Positions 18,436-28,977 of a DNA stretch of 64,000 bases are shown here, piece after piece. The stretch covers positions 3,782,001-3,846,000 of the forward strand of contig CAKKNE010000002.1 of assembly GCA_918797485.1 (NCBI GenBank). Reading direction: 5' to 3'. The stretch's first letter is position 1; each line of letters starts with the position of its first letter. The notes below the pieces were generated by a model. The model saw only the letters and a list, made by a program, of their open reading frames with translations, was not told where the DNA came from and did not search any database. The stretch comes from Pelagomonas calceolata (Eukaryota). Both the position numbers and the translations under genes were made by a program.

Positions 18436-20217
18436 CTACCAGCGCCGGCCCTTGCCGCCGCCGCCGCCGCGCCCGCGGCCCGAGCCCGGGGGGTTGCCGG
18501 GCGGGCCCTTGAGGACGTTCAGGCCGCGCACGCCCTTGAGGCCCATCTTGCCGACGGTCTTGGCTTGCAAAGGAGGCGGCCCCGGCAGGGCCAGGACCTC
18601 CTCCGCGAAGACGTTGGCCTCTTCGACGAGGCGCTCCTTGTCCCACCGCAACCGCCTCAAAAAAGAATTGTAGAAGCCGAGCCAGGCCTGGTAGGAGGCG
18701 CCCGTCGTCTCGGGCGGCAGGCGCCGCGCCGCTTCATATAAAGCGGTCTCGAGCTGCACTGTTGGAGAGCCCTGGACGAGCTGCTGGAGCGGCAACGCCC
18801 GGATTTTCGCATCATTTAAAAAGAAGGCCTCGGTCCGGCATAATATGAGATCGCCGGACCCCTGCTTGCCCGCTCTCGCCGTCCGTCCCAGGCGATGGAC
18901 GTACTGCGCCGCGTCGGACGGCAGGCCCACCTGGATGACGCGCGTGACGTCGGGGTAGTCCATGCCCCGCGCCGTCACGTCGCTCGTGAGTAGGCAGGCC
19001 CCTCCGACGCTATTTCTGAAAATATCCGAGACCTTCGTGCGGTGACTTTGGGACTTCCGCGAGTGGATCTCCAAAATCTTCGTGTGTCTCAAGAAAGCAC
19101 ACGTCGGGTCCTTCGCCAGTTCCAAACACAATTCGGCGTAGAATTGGGTTAACCGAGCCGTCGTGAAGAAGGCGATGACCTTGTGCTCCGGGTCACTACA
19201 AGCATCGTTCAAGACCGCGATGAGTTCCGCGGCGCAGCCCTTCTGCGTCTCGCAGATCGTCGCTCTTTGAGGGACATTGACGTGGGTTTGTTGTTCTTCG
19301 CCGACCGTGTCCACGAAGTGGTACTGCGGCGACTTCATCGCTAATCTAGCGATCGACGCGACGTCGTCAGGCATCGTCGCGCTAAATAACAAAGTTTGGC
19401 GCGTCAGTTTGGTGGATTCAATAGCCCGCAGGATCTTTTCGATGGCCGGGCGGAAGCCCATGTCCAGCAACTGGTCCGCCTCGTCGAAAACGAGCGTTTC
19501 GAGGCTATCGCAGATGCCCGGCGCGACGCCCTGCGTGTTCTCGAGGTGGTCGTTCAGCCGCCCCGGCGTCGCCACGAGAATGTCGGGGGCTCTCCCGCCT
19601 CGCAACCCAAGTTCATTATAGTCCTTCTGGATCTTCGTGCCGCCGAACACGCACGCTACTCTTAGACCGTGGAACGTCGCGAGCAATTTCCCCTCCTCGA
19701 CGGTCTGGGCGGCGAGTTCCCGCGTGGGAGACAACACCAGAGCGGATAACCCTCTACGGTGAGGCTTGGACGCGGCCGCCCTATCCACAGAGGGCACCAT
19801 GAACGCGAGCGTCTTGCCCGTGCCCGTCTTCGCCTTGGCGACGACGTCTCCGCCGCGCGCGCAGACCGGTAGGGCTTGTTGCTGGACCTGGGTCATCGTC
19901 GGGTAGCCCAGGACTTCATCAATGGCTCGTAACGTGTTGGGCGACACGACGCCTTGCAAGGTGGCGAACGCGACGCCCGTCAGGTGGGCCCGCGTCGTGC
20001 TCGAAGTTCTAGCGGAAGCGTGCGGCGCCGGCGGCGCCGGCGGCGCGGCGTGCGGCTTCGGTCGGCCGTCCGTGTTCTGCTGCTTGCGCGGCGGCTTCGG
20101 CGGCGCGTCGCCGCCGCCCTTGCCACCGCGGCCGCGGCCGCCGCCGCGCCTCCTACGCTTCTGGCCCTTGCCGCCGCGACCGCGCCCGCCTCCGCCTCTG
20201 CCGTTGTTGTTGTCCAT
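18436..20217 (-). CDS. DEAD-box RNA helicase (Mss116/plant RH25-31-like)
   Basis: AKTGTGKT, PTRELA, TPGRL, DEAD, SAT, ARGMD and HRLGRTAR motifs; RGG-rich termini. Confidence 0.92.
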   Translation of the reverse strand: MDNNNGRGGGGRGRGGKGQKRRRRGGGRGRGGKGGGDAPPKPPRKQQNTDGRPKPHAAPPAPPAPHASARTSSTTRAHLTGVAFATLQGVVSPNTLRAIDEVLGYPTMTQVQQQALPVCARGGDVVAKAKTGTGKTLAFMVPSVDRAAASKPHRRGLSALVLSPTRELAAQTVEEGKLLATFHGLRVACVFGGTKIQKDYNELGLRGGRAPDILVATPGRLNDHLENTQGVAPGICDSLETLVFDEADQLLDMGFRPAIEKILRAIESTKLTRQTLLFSATMPDDVASIARLAMKSPQYHFVDTVGEEQQTHVNVPQRATICETQKGCAAELIAVLNDACSDPEHKVIAFFTTARLTQFYAELCLELAKDPTCAFLRHTKILEIHSRKSQSHRTKVSDIFRNSVGGACLLTSDVTARGMDYPDVTRVIQVGLPSDAAQYVHRLGRTARAGKQGSGDLILCRTEAFFLNDAKIRALPLQQLVQGSPTVQLETALYEAARRLPPETTGASYQAWLGFYNSFLRRLRWDKERLVEEANVFAEEVLALPGPPPLQAKTVGKMGLKGVRGLNVLKGPPGNPPGSGRGRGGGGGKGRRW

Positions 20218-20681
20218 TTCTGCGCGTGCGCGTCTACTGTTGTGCTACTGTTGTGATGGCTGCTGCCAGCTGCCAAAAACGCAAAAAAGCTCGTCTTTGC
20301 GTCTATGGGCTGCTGCGCGATGCTAGGATGCTAATGTGAAATCAGCTTCTCGCGAATTATATATAGGTGCGCAGTCTCTCGTCGCCACGGCTTGGGCGTC
20401 GGCATCGATCGTGTCACAGGATGGGACCTGTCCGAAAGTAACTCCTCTAGCGTGGATAATGTCTTCGACACGTATATCAATTGCGCAAGAGAGGATTGAG
20501 AAAAGCGTGAGCTAGCGGTCTGTAAGACACTAGCAGCTCAATGCTTGCCTTGGCTGGCTCGGATCTGGCTAAGCTCACTATCAGGGCGCCTTAAAGCAAG
20601 CTCGCGTGGTGCCACCCACTGCTGCAGCGCGCAGCAGTAAATTCCGCATGCAGATCTAGCTGGCACAACCAAAAAGCAGAG

Positions 20682-21569
20682 ATGTGCAGGCTGCTCCTCG
20701 TCGTCGACGACTCGGAGCAGAAGCTGCTCCCGCTCGTCTCCGCCCGGCGCCAGAACAAGCGCGGGCAGCTCTTCGGCCTGAGCAAGGGCGAGCGGCTGCA
20801 CGGCTTTGGCGTGGCCTGGCTCACCGGGCGCGCCGCGGGCGCGGTGGTGACCACGCGTCCGCCCAGCGACGACCTAAATGTGCGTCGCGTCCTAGGCGCA
20901 ACATCGTCACGTCTCGCTCTAGCCTTCATCCGGAGCTGCGCCTGCGACCGCTGCCCCGCGACGACGTACTGCCCCGCGTCCGACGCGAACGCGCAGCCCT
21001 TCGTGCGCGGCGGCGCCTCGGGCTTGGTTGTGGCGCACGTCGGCATCTTGCACCACCACCGCGAGTTATTGAGGGACGGCGGCGAGGCGGGCCGCCGCGC
21101 GGCGGCCGTCGCGGACTGCGGCGACGCGGGGAACAGCGACGCGGCGTTCCTCTACCGCCTCGTCGCGTCCTACTACGACGACTTTGGGGGCGACCTCGAG
21201 CGCGCCGTGCGCGCGACGCTCGACCTGGTCTCGGCGACGGGCCCTCCCTCAAGCCTCAACCTCGTGGCCACGGACAAGACCGGTCGCGTCGTCGCCTGCC
21301 GCCGGCGGAGCCCCGGCGACGGCCAGGCTCCGCCGCCGTTGTTCTACGCCTCGACGGCGACGGGCGCGCTCCTCGCGAGCGCGCCCGTGCGCTGGCCGGG
21401 CGCCGAAGCTTGGACGGAGGTCACGGCCGACGGCGTGGTCGTCGTCGAGGGCGCGCGCGTCCGCGCGGCCGCGCCCGTCGCCACGAAGCCGCGGCCGTGG
21501 GCCTTCGTGCCGCCGCCGCGCGCGCCCGCGCCGCGCGCGCCGGCGGCCGCCGTCGCCGCCCAGGCCTAG
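20682..21569 (+). CDS. Class II glutamine amidotransferase/Ntn-hydrolase-like protein (EgtC/Dug3-like, divergent)
   Basis: N-terminal MCRL (Cys2), HGFGVAW, AFIRS, NAQPF, AHVG, GNSDA, SSLNL, LLASAP, WTEV. Confidence 0.65.
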   Translation: MCRLLLVVDDSEQKLLPLVSARRQNKRGQLFGLSKGERLHGFGVAWLTGRAAGAVVTTRPPSDDLNVRRVLGATSSRLALAFIRSCACDRCPATTYCPASDANAQPFVRGGASGLVVAHVGILHHHRELLRDGGEAGRRAAAVADCGDAGNSDAAFLYRLVASYYDDFGGDLERAVRATLDLVSATGPPSSLNLVATDKTGRVVACRRRSPGDGQAPPPLFYASTATGALLASAPVRWPGAEAWTEVTADGVVVVEGARVRAAAPVATKPRPWAFVPPPRAPAPRAPAAAVAAQA

Positions 21570-21606
21570 CGCGAAGACCGACGCGGTCGGCGCGGCGGAC
21601 GCCAGG

Positions 21607-22929
21607 ATGCGCGCCGTCGTCGCCCGCGTCGCGTCCGCCAACCGAAGCGGGCTCGGCGCACATCTCGCGGCGGCGAAGAAGCGGCGGCTCGCGGCGCTCC
21701 GGGCGGGCGCGAGCGCCGACGACCTCGTGGCGTCGCTCGAGGCTTTTGCGGCGGCCCTCGCGCGCGCCGACGGCGGCGAGCAAGCGGCGCTTGTCGAGCG
21801 GGATCGAGTGGCATGCGCCAGCGGCTTAACGCGCGAGGCTGCCGCGGCGACGGGCGACGCCGTGGCGACCGGCGCCAACGGGGCGGCCACCGACCGCCGC
21901 GCCCTCGCGGAATCCCAGGCACGGCTCTACGACGCGCGATACTCGAGTTCCTCGGCCGCGGAGGGCCAGGACCGCGCGGGCGTCGAGGAGGTCCACACCA
22001 CCGTCGCGCGGGAGACCGAGGCCATCGCTTCGGCCATCGCCGACGTCGGGGACGGCACCACAGTGCACCTGCTGGACTTTGGAAGCGGCAACGGGCGATG
22101 CTTCGCGGCGAGCCGCGCCGCCGCGCGGGCCCGGGGCAAGGCGCTCGCCGTCACGGCGTACGACGTCTCATCGGGAGCGCTGGGCGCCTTCCGCCGGGCG
22201 CTCGTCGACGACCACGGCTTCGCCGCCGACGGCGGCGGCGCGCTCGGCGACGTCGTCGCCGGTGCGGACCGCGTCCGCTTCGTGCAGGGCAGCGCGACGG
22301 CGCCGCCCGAGGCGCTGCGGAGCCTCGGCAGCTTCGACGTCGCCTTGTCGGGCTGGGGGACGACGTCGGCGATCCCGGACCTGCGGCCAGGCGAAGGGCG
22401 GCAGCTGCAGTTCCTCGCCGAACTGTGCCGCCGCGCGCCGCGGTTGCTCAACGTCGTGTCCTCCGAGAACAATTTCCTCGGACCGCAGGCGCGGTTCCGC
22501 GAAATCCGCCGGCGGCGCGCGGCCGCCGTCGGGGAAGACGCTGCGCGACTGGACGCGGAGCTGCGGCTGGCGACGTCCGAGGGCTCTTTTTACTACGAAG
22601 TGAACAATGAGGAATACTTCTATTCGGCCGTGTCGCCGCGCGTCGAGGAACGGAGGCTGCGCGCCGCCGGCTTCCGCGACGTCGACGTGCGCGCGTGCAA
22701 CGTCGCGTCGTTCCGCGACCTTCTGGCGTCGCCGCGGCTCGCGCGGCTAGAGCGCGCGGTCCTCAAACTCGTCGACGGGAACCAGCACCTGCGGCTCCAG
22801 CTGCTCCTGACGCGCCTTGCGGAAAAAGCCGCGCGCCGGCGCCTCCAACGCGTCGCGCCGCTCTTCGACCCGGACCGCACGCTCGTTGACCAGTGCGCGC
22901 GCTACTTGTGCTCATATGCGAGCCGCTGA
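21607..22929 (+). CDS. Class I SAM-dependent methyltransferase-like protein (possibly fused to the upstream ORF)
   Basis: LLDFGSGNGR motif I, TAYDVS, FVQGS, FDVALS. Confidence 0.65.
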   Translation: MRAVVARVASANRSGLGAHLAAAKKRRLAALRAGASADDLVASLEAFAAALARADGGEQAALVERDRVACASGLTREAAAATGDAVATGANGAATDRRALAESQARLYDARYSSSSAAEGQDRAGVEEVHTTVARETEAIASAIADVGDGTTVHLLDFGSGNGRCFAASRAAARARGKALAVTAYDVSSGALGAFRRALVDDHGFAADGGGALGDVVAGADRVRFVQGSATAPPEALRSLGSFDVALSGWGTTSAIPDLRPGEGRQLQFLAELCRRAPRLLNVVSSENNFLGPQARFREIRRRRAAAVGEDAARLDAELRLATSEGSFYYEVNNEEYFYSAVSPRVEERRLRAAGFRDVDVRACNVASFRDLLASPRLARLERAVLKLVDGNQHLRLQLLLTRLAEKAARRRLQRVAPLFDPDRTLVDQCARYLCSYASR

Positions 22930-23060
22930 GGTCTGTTCTCTGTTTGTGTATAAGTATCCTTGTAAGTTCGTGTGCGGTTACGCAGGGCTCCCCCACGCGG
23001 CGGCGGCAGGGTGGCTAGGAAGCCGCCTAGCTCTAAGCAAAGCAAGCTACAAAACAACTA

Positions 23061-26000
23061 TCACAGCGACGTCAGCCGCGGCAGGCCCATGAACGCGTCG
23101 AGACGGTCGTGGCGCCGCTGGCGCAGCTCGTCGAGGCGGTCGTGGCGCCGCTGGCGCAGCTCCTTGCGCAGGCGCCGACGCTCGAGCCGTTGGTTTTCCT
23201 CGGCGGCGGCTTTGCGCGCCTCGATCGCGGCCTCCCGGCGTGCGATCTCGTCGACCACCTCTTGTTCGGCCGCCGCGGCGCGCTCGCGGCGGCGGCGCTT
23301 CCGCGAGGCCGGGCGCATCGACTTCCGCCGGGGCCGTTCCGCGTCGTCGAAGGACCGCAGCGGCTCGTCGTCGAAGGTCACGTTGGAGCGCCGGTGCGGC
23401 GAGTGGGGCGGCGAGTCGTCGCCCGGCAATTCGGTCGCGACCTCGTGCCGGTCCGAGCGGCGCAGCAGCGTGCCGCCGCGCGTCGTCGGCCGGAAGGTGC
23501 CGCCCGGCGTGCAGGGTTTGATGAGGCGTTTGGTCTGCGGTGTCATCGGCCGGCGGACGCCGCGCTCGTCGACGGGCAGGCCCTCGATCGAGCCGTTCGG
23601 CGTGAGCGGCCGCTCGGTGCCGCCGCCCGTCAGCGGCCGCAGGAGGCGCGTGCCGCGCGGCGTAGCGTATAATCTAGATCCGCCCGGCGACCGCGGCGTG
23701 CGCGGCCGGCCTCTTTTCAAGTTCTGGGCCTCGACGGACTCCCTTACCAACACCGTGCCGCCGGGCGTCGTCGGCCGCAGCGTCCCGCCGGCCGTGTTCG
23801 GCCGCGGCACGCCGCTCACGCTCGTCGCCGGCCGCGCGAGGTAGGCCTGAAGATCTAACGCGTCGGACGCCGCCGTGTCCGGGCGCTGCGGGTCCGCGAG
23901 CGGGTCGAGCTGGGCCGGCACGAGCAGTGGAATGCAGCGCGTCATCTCCGTCGCGCCGGCCTCGGGCATGCGCCGCGCCGCCGGGTCGTCCTTGTCCACG
24001 TCTTCCTCCTTGGCGCGGCGCGGCGGCGCCTTCTTGCACCGCAGATGCGTCGGCCGCTCCCCGTCGTTGTCTCGGAGCGGCGCCTGCTTCGGCCGCATCG
24101 CCGCGCGGAGCGCGTCGTAGTCGGGCGACGGCGGCAGTAGCTCGCAGGCGAGGGCGCCGTCGCTCGCGGGGACGACGCGCGCCTTCGGCGTCGACTCGTA
24201 GAGCGCGCGGGCGACGCCGAGGCACCGCTCGCGCCAGTGCGCGAGGGGCTCGTCCGTGAAGTAGTTGCCCGCCCGCTGCGAGCCGCCCTCGTCCGACGCG
24301 CCCTGGTCCTCGGCGCCCGTCGCGAGCGCGACGGCGAACGCCGCCAGCGGGCACAGCTTCCGCGCGCCGCCCCGGTAGAACGCCGCGGGCCGGTGGTAGG
24401 CCAGCACGCGCCGCACGGTCTGCGGCGTGACCCTCTCGTCGAATGGCGCCCGCTTCGCGACGAGGTGGAGCGGCAGGTAGCCGTCGCCGTCCCGCAGCGC
24501 GCAGCTCCCCGCGCCGCCCGCGTCGGCCACGGCGCGCAGCACGTCGCCGCCCACGCCGGCGTCCCGTTTCAAGAGCGTATGCAGCAGATCGACGGGAATC
24601 GGCTCGGGGTCCCGGTGCTTCTCGACGCGGAGCCGCTTCTGCAGCGCGTCGTCCGCGCCGATCTCGACGAGCTTGACTAATGGTAAACCGGCGCCCGCCT
24701 TGCGCCGCCGGGGCTTCGCGCGCGCGATGGCGCGGGACACGTCCGTGAGCGAGCTCGGGCCTCTCGTCGTCGCGGCGCCCATGAGCACGCCCTGGAGGTC
24801 CGCCGGCGCCGCGTCGCAGGCCGTTAACTCCCGGGACCCCTTGATCCGCCAGGCCGGCGGGTAGGCACCGACCAGAGCCTGGCAGAGCGGCTTCGCCCGG
24901 TCGGCGCCCCACTCGACCTGGGTGTCTCGGCCGACGTCGAGGTCCGCGGCCCGGGCCTCGCGCTGGTCCGTGCACGCGTAGGCCAGCAAGTGCAACGGCA
25001 GGTCCCCGTACTCGTCCCGCGTCCGCGCGGCCTTTCTTCCAGAAACGCCGCGCAGCAGCAGCCGCAGCACCCGCAGATCCTGCTGCTGCGGCGGCCGCCG
25101 ACAGAACGCGTGGAGCGGCGTCCAACCGCGCGCGGCCTTGGCCCCGACGGCGAGCGGGTGCAACCTTATCAAAGATTGGATCTCCGCGAGCGTCACCTCG
25201 CACTCGCCGTTCGCCAGCAACAAGTGGAGCGGTAGGTTGCCCCGGGCGTCGGCATGAAACGCCGCCGCCGGGCACGCCCTCAAGCAAAAACCCAGCGACC
25301 ACCCGTCGAGCGTCGCGCCGCACCGCGCGACGACGTCGTGCAGCAGGAGGCGCCCCGTGTTCTCGTCGGCCGCGTCCGCGACGAGACCCGTCTCCTGGTG
25401 CAGCTCCTGGATCACCTCCACCACCCCAAAGACCGCGCCGTTACTGCAGGCCTCCTCGCACCGGCGGCGGTACGCGCCGCGCACCTTCAGGTCCAAACTC
25501 CGGTGCTGCGCCGCGAAGGTGCGTAGCTGATCGTCCGAGCAGGTCATGCGCTGCTTGCACAGTTCGAGCGCGGGCAGCTCCTTGGGGAGCAGCTCGACGG
25601 GCAACCGGTCGCCCCACTCGGCGCCGTCCGGCAAGTAGGTTAACGCGCCGTCGGGGTAGGCCTGGCGCACGGCCGTGATGGTACTCGGCGTCGCCCGGGC
25701 CTTGCCCCGCGCGAAGGCCTGCTGGCACAGGAGCTGTAAGGGTATCCAGCCCGTCGACGTGGGCATCTTCGCCGCGATGGGCCCCGCGGCACATAAAGCG
25801 CGCAGCATCAACGGCGTCGGCCGCGCCGTGAGATAGCACAGGAGGTGGAGGGGGTACCACCCATCATGATTCGGCGTCTGCGCCGCCTGGGGGCACCACC
25901 GTAACACGTGCAAAAAAATAGTCTCCTCGAGCGGCTTGTGCCGCAGCAACGCGTGGAGAAGGAGCCGCAGCTTCGGTCGCCGCGGGTCGTTCGTCCACTG

Positions 26001-26150
26001 GAGCACCGCGTGGACGTCGCCGTGCTCCGCCGCCCGATAGAGTTCGTTCGCGCGCGCCGCCCGTTTCACGGACTGGAGGTGCGCGACGGTGTGGGACTGT
26101 TCCCTGGCTTTCCGGAGCGCTTGCGCGCGGCGGCGGGCCTGGGCGCCCAT
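23061..26150 (-). CDS. Ankyrin-like (GxLPLH) repeat protein with PxTP-rich and coiled-coil C-terminus
   Basis: Repeated GWYPLH, GWIPLQ, GNLPLH, GWTPLH, GDLPLH and GYLPLH motifs in a 1029-aa ORF. Confidence 0.7.
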   Translation of the reverse strand: MGAQARRRAQALRKAREQSHTVAHLQSVKRAARANELYRAAEHGDVHAVLQWTNDPRRPKLRLLLHALLRHKPLEETIFLHVLRWCPQAAQTPNHDGWYPLHLLCYLTARPTPLMLRALCAAGPIAAKMPTSTGWIPLQLLCQQAFARGKARATPSTITAVRQAYPDGALTYLPDGAEWGDRLPVELLPKELPALELCKQRMTCSDDQLRTFAAQHRSLDLKVRGAYRRRCEEACSNGAVFGVVEVIQELHQETGLVADAADENTGRLLLHDVVARCGATLDGWSLGFCLRACPAAAFHADARGNLPLHLLLANGECEVTLAEIQSLIRLHPLAVGAKAARGWTPLHAFCRRPPQQQDLRVLRLLLRGVSGRKAARTRDEYGDLPLHLLAYACTDQREARAADLDVGRDTQVEWGADRAKPLCQALVGAYPPAWRIKGSRELTACDAAPADLQGVLMGAATTRGPSSLTDVSRAIARAKPRRRKAGAGLPLVKLVEIGADDALQKRLRVEKHRDPEPIPVDLLHTLLKRDAGVGGDVLRAVADAGGAGSCALRDGDGYLPLHLVAKRAPFDERVTPQTVRRVLAYHRPAAFYRGGARKLCPLAAFAVALATGAEDQGASDEGGSQRAGNYFTDEPLAHWRERCLGVARALYESTPKARVVPASDGALACELLPPSPDYDALRAAMRPKQAPLRDNDGERPTHLRCKKAPPRRAKEEDVDKDDPAARRMPEAGATEMTRCIPLLVPAQLDPLADPQRPDTAASDALDLQAYLARPATSVSGVPRPNTAGGTLRPTTPGGTVLVRESVEAQNLKRGRPRTPRSPGGSRLYATPRGTRLLRPLTGGGTERPLTPNGSIEGLPVDERGVRRPMTPQTKRLIKPCTPGGTFRPTTRGGTLLRRSDRHEVATELPGDDSPPHSPHRRSNVTFDDEPLRSFDDAERPRRKSMRPASRKRRRRERAAAAEQEVVDEIARREAAIEARKAAAEENQRLERRRLRKELRQRRHDRLDELRQRRHDRLDAFMGLPRLTSL

Positions 26151-26555
26151 CCTTGCGGCGGGCGAGGCTGCCCCCGAGCGCCCGGCGACACAAAACTGAT
26201 GGATGGGGCTGCCTCCAAGACCAGCGCTCTCCCTGGGAGCCCAACATAACTCCCGAATCTCGCAAAGTCGAGCCTGAGACGACGCGAGAAGCGGAGCGCC
26301 CGAGCCATCGGAGGCCCCTGGAGATCCCTTTTCGGAGGCTGCGTTTTCCCCAACCTAGCGGTAAGACACTAGAGTTGTCAAAATTATTGGCCAACTTTTT
26401 GTGGCATCGGCAGCACGCCAGTCGTCGCATTGGTTCGAGGAGGACTGCAGAGATCGTCGAGCAGCATCGACAGCGTCGCAGTTGAGCAAGCACGCGGGCT
26501 CAACGCCCTTCAGCAGAGCTGCAGCAGAGCTGCGACACGTGACGCTGCCGACGCG

Positions 26556-27905
26556 ATGGGCAGCGACGACGGCGCGAAGGGCCGCGAGGGCAAGGGCGCC
26601 GCCTCGCTCGGCACGCTGCTCTTCCTCGTGTGCTTCGTCGCGCCGATGCTGCTCGTCGAGCAGTACCTCGTGAGGCGGCGGGGGCTGACGCTCGCGAAGC
26701 TCAAGGGCGAGGTGCAGGCCGTGCGCGCGCACCCGGGCCAGGCTATTGGGGATGCGGTCCGCATCGTCGAGGGCGAGGCGCGCGACGCGATCGAGCGCGG
26801 GCGGAACTTGGAGCGGCACATCGAGGCGATGCTGCACCGCCAGCGGCCGCCCGAGGCCCCCCCGGTCGTGGCGACGCCGGTCGTCCCACAAAAGGTGAAG
26901 AAGCCCCTGCGCGACATGCTGCTGGACCTCGCCTTGCTCGCGCCGCGCGACGCTTTAGCAGTTTTAGATAAGGACCCGCTCGGCGTCGAGCGCGTGACGA
27001 ACGCTTCCGAGTGGCGCTGCCCCGCCGAGCGCCTCCTCTCGTCGAGTAACGCCCCGAGCCGCGAAGCGCTCAGGCGCATGCGCGAGAATCGGGACGGCGC
27101 GTTCCTCTGGTTCGACCACCTCTCCAAGGCGGGCGGCACGTCCTTCTGCAAGTTCGCGCGCAAGAACGTGGGCTTCAAGAGCACGCCGCGCTACTACTGC
27201 ATGCCGTCCGACGGCGCGGACATCCCGGGCACCGACGGGCGGGTGGGGCGGTGGCCCGCTTCACAATTACGGGAGTATTTGCAAAGGACGCGGCACCGCG
27301 TCGTGGCGAGCGAGTGGGACCCCTTCCCGGCGCAGATGCTGGAGTCCTTTAGAGATGACGCGGTCCTCGCGTCGATCATCCGGGACCCCTTGGATCGGTT
27401 GGTCTCGGCGCACAAGTTCTGGGGCGTCTTGAATAATCCATCCAAAAACGCGCCGGATCCCGTGAAGTGGTTGAGGAACATGGACAAGCGGGCCCGCTCC
27501 AGAACGATGGCGCAGGCGCCTCGGGACTACCTCCAGCAGGTCGCGCGGAACAATTTTGCGGTATGGAAGTTCGCGTTTTCTACCGACGGCCGCTTCCACG
27601 ACTGCAAGGGCGACGCGGCCTGCGGCCGGGCCGCCCTGCAGGCCGCCGTGGCCACTCTCTCGAAGTTCCACGTCCTCGCGCCGACGACGTGGCAGGCCCA
27701 CGCGGGGCCGCTCTACGCGCGCCTCGGCTGGTCGAAGCTCGAGGAGGAGCACGTCGTCAACATCGGCACGGTCCAGGACTCGTCGTCGCGGAGGGCGCTG
27801 CCCGACGCGGACTACGCCGCGCTCCGCGAGGCGAACGTCCTCGACGAGATCCTCTGGCACTGGGCCCGGCGCGCGTTCCTGGAGAGCCTGCACTGCGCGC
27901 CGTGA
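26556..27905 (+). CDS. Type II membrane sulfotransferase-family protein
   Basis: N-terminal TM helix; 5'-PSB motif HLSKAGGTS; 3'-PB motif IRDPLDRLVS. Confidence 0.8.
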   Translation: MGSDDGAKGREGKGAASLGTLLFLVCFVAPMLLVEQYLVRRRGLTLAKLKGEVQAVRAHPGQAIGDAVRIVEGEARDAIERGRNLERHIEAMLHRQRPPEAPPVVATPVVPQKVKKPLRDMLLDLALLAPRDALAVLDKDPLGVERVTNASEWRCPAERLLSSSNAPSREALRRMRENRDGAFLWFDHLSKAGGTSFCKFARKNVGFKSTPRYYCMPSDGADIPGTDGRVGRWPASQLREYLQRTRHRVVASEWDPFPAQMLESFRDDAVLASIIRDPLDRLVSAHKFWGVLNNPSKNAPDPVKWLRNMDKRARSRTMAQAPRDYLQQVARNNFAVWKFAFSTDGRFHDCKGDAACGRAALQAAVATLSKFHVLAPTTWQAHAGPLYARLGWSKLEEEHVVNIGTVQDSSSRRALPDADYAALREANVLDEILWHWARRAFLESLHCAP

Positions 27906-28111
27906 GTAACTTTAGAGGCCTAGAGTTCGAAAAACCCGTTTTAAGGCGCCTGGCGCGCGCGAATCCGCGCGCGCCGACTGGGGCTCACTCGTTTACCAGA
28001 CCAGAGCGCGCATTGATCACACCATTTCTTGAGAAATAGTCCCCCCAGGCGCCCGGGTCCACTGGGCGCCTTGACTTTGTGTCTCAAGTGGGCAGTGACT
28101 GCTCATATCTC

Positions 28112-28220
28112 TATAGTAGAGCAGGGAGCGACAATGGGAATTCCCGGGAGCGGGAATTCCCGGGAGTTCCCGGGAATTCCCGACCCCTAGATCTCGCTCC
28201 CCGGGAATTGCTCAACTATA
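28112..28220. mobile_element. Non-autonomous hAT-like MITE, 109 bp
   Basis: TIR TATAGT(A/T)GAGCA; internal GGGAATTCCC repeats; perfect 8-bp TSD CATATCTC (28104-28111 and 28221-28228). Confidence 0.85.
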
Positions 28221-28282
28221 CATATCTCTCACGTCCCGGACGCCGCGGAACACGCTCTCTCGACCATCTGGCGTACAATATT

Positions 28283-28963
28283 ATGAGTGATCGACGCATA
28301 CACAAAGCCGCTAGACGGGCCGACCTCGACGCGTTGCGACGAGAGCTCGCGAAAGGCGTCTCGCCAAACGCATCAGGTCAGTATGGCCGGACGCCTCTCC
28401 ACTGTGTGTGCCGCCGCGCCGGCAACACGAAAGCACGCGTCGCCTGTGTACCTATGCTCCTCCAAGCGGGAGCGGATGTTAATGCGCCGGACGCGGACCA
28501 GTACATACCGCTTCATTTCGCTGCCCGCCAGAGCAACGCGATCGTCGTCGCCGCCCTGCTCGAAGCCGGCGCCGACGTGAACCGGGGCGACGCATACGGT
28601 CAAACGCCTCTTCACTTGGTGTGGCATAGTATTGAAGTCGGGTCTGCATTACTGCTCCTCAGACACGGCGCCGCGGTCAACGCGCAAGACGATTCGGGGC
28701 GCACGCCCCTGAGCAACGCAAGTTACATTGACTCGGAGTCCCGCCGCCGCCTCGTCCCGATCCTCCTCCGCGCCGGCGCCGCCCTCCCCGCGCACACGAC
28801 CAACGCGTACCTCCAGAAAGTGATCGCCGCGGGCGGCTTCGGCCGCTACGAGCGCAACCACCTCGACGCCCTCGCCGCAACGTTCGCCCCGCATTTCTCC
28901 CACCTCCCGCCGGAGATAGTCCGCCTCGTCGTCGAGTACGCCTTCCACGCGGGCTACTACTGA
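28283..28963 (+). CDS. Ankyrin-repeat protein
   Basis: GRTPLH, AGADVN, GQTPLH and GRTPL repeats; C-terminus ...PPEIVRLVVEYAFHAGYY. Confidence 0.85.
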   Translation: MSDRRIHKAARRADLDALRRELAKGVSPNASGQYGRTPLHCVCRRAGNTKARVACVPMLLQAGADVNAPDADQYIPLHFAARQSNAIVVAALLEAGADVNRGDAYGQTPLHLVWHSIEVGSALLLLRHGAAVNAQDDSGRTPLSNASYIDSESRRRLVPILLRAGAALPAHTTNAYLQKVIAAGGFGRYERNHLDALAATFAPHFSHLPPEIVRLVVEYAFHAGYY

Positions 28964-28977
28964 GTAAACAAGCAACA

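Noticed and set aside
28135..28210. CRISPR-like repeat array
   Set aside because: Repeats are ~10 bp with no unique spacers, lie inside a MITE, and no cas genes are present.
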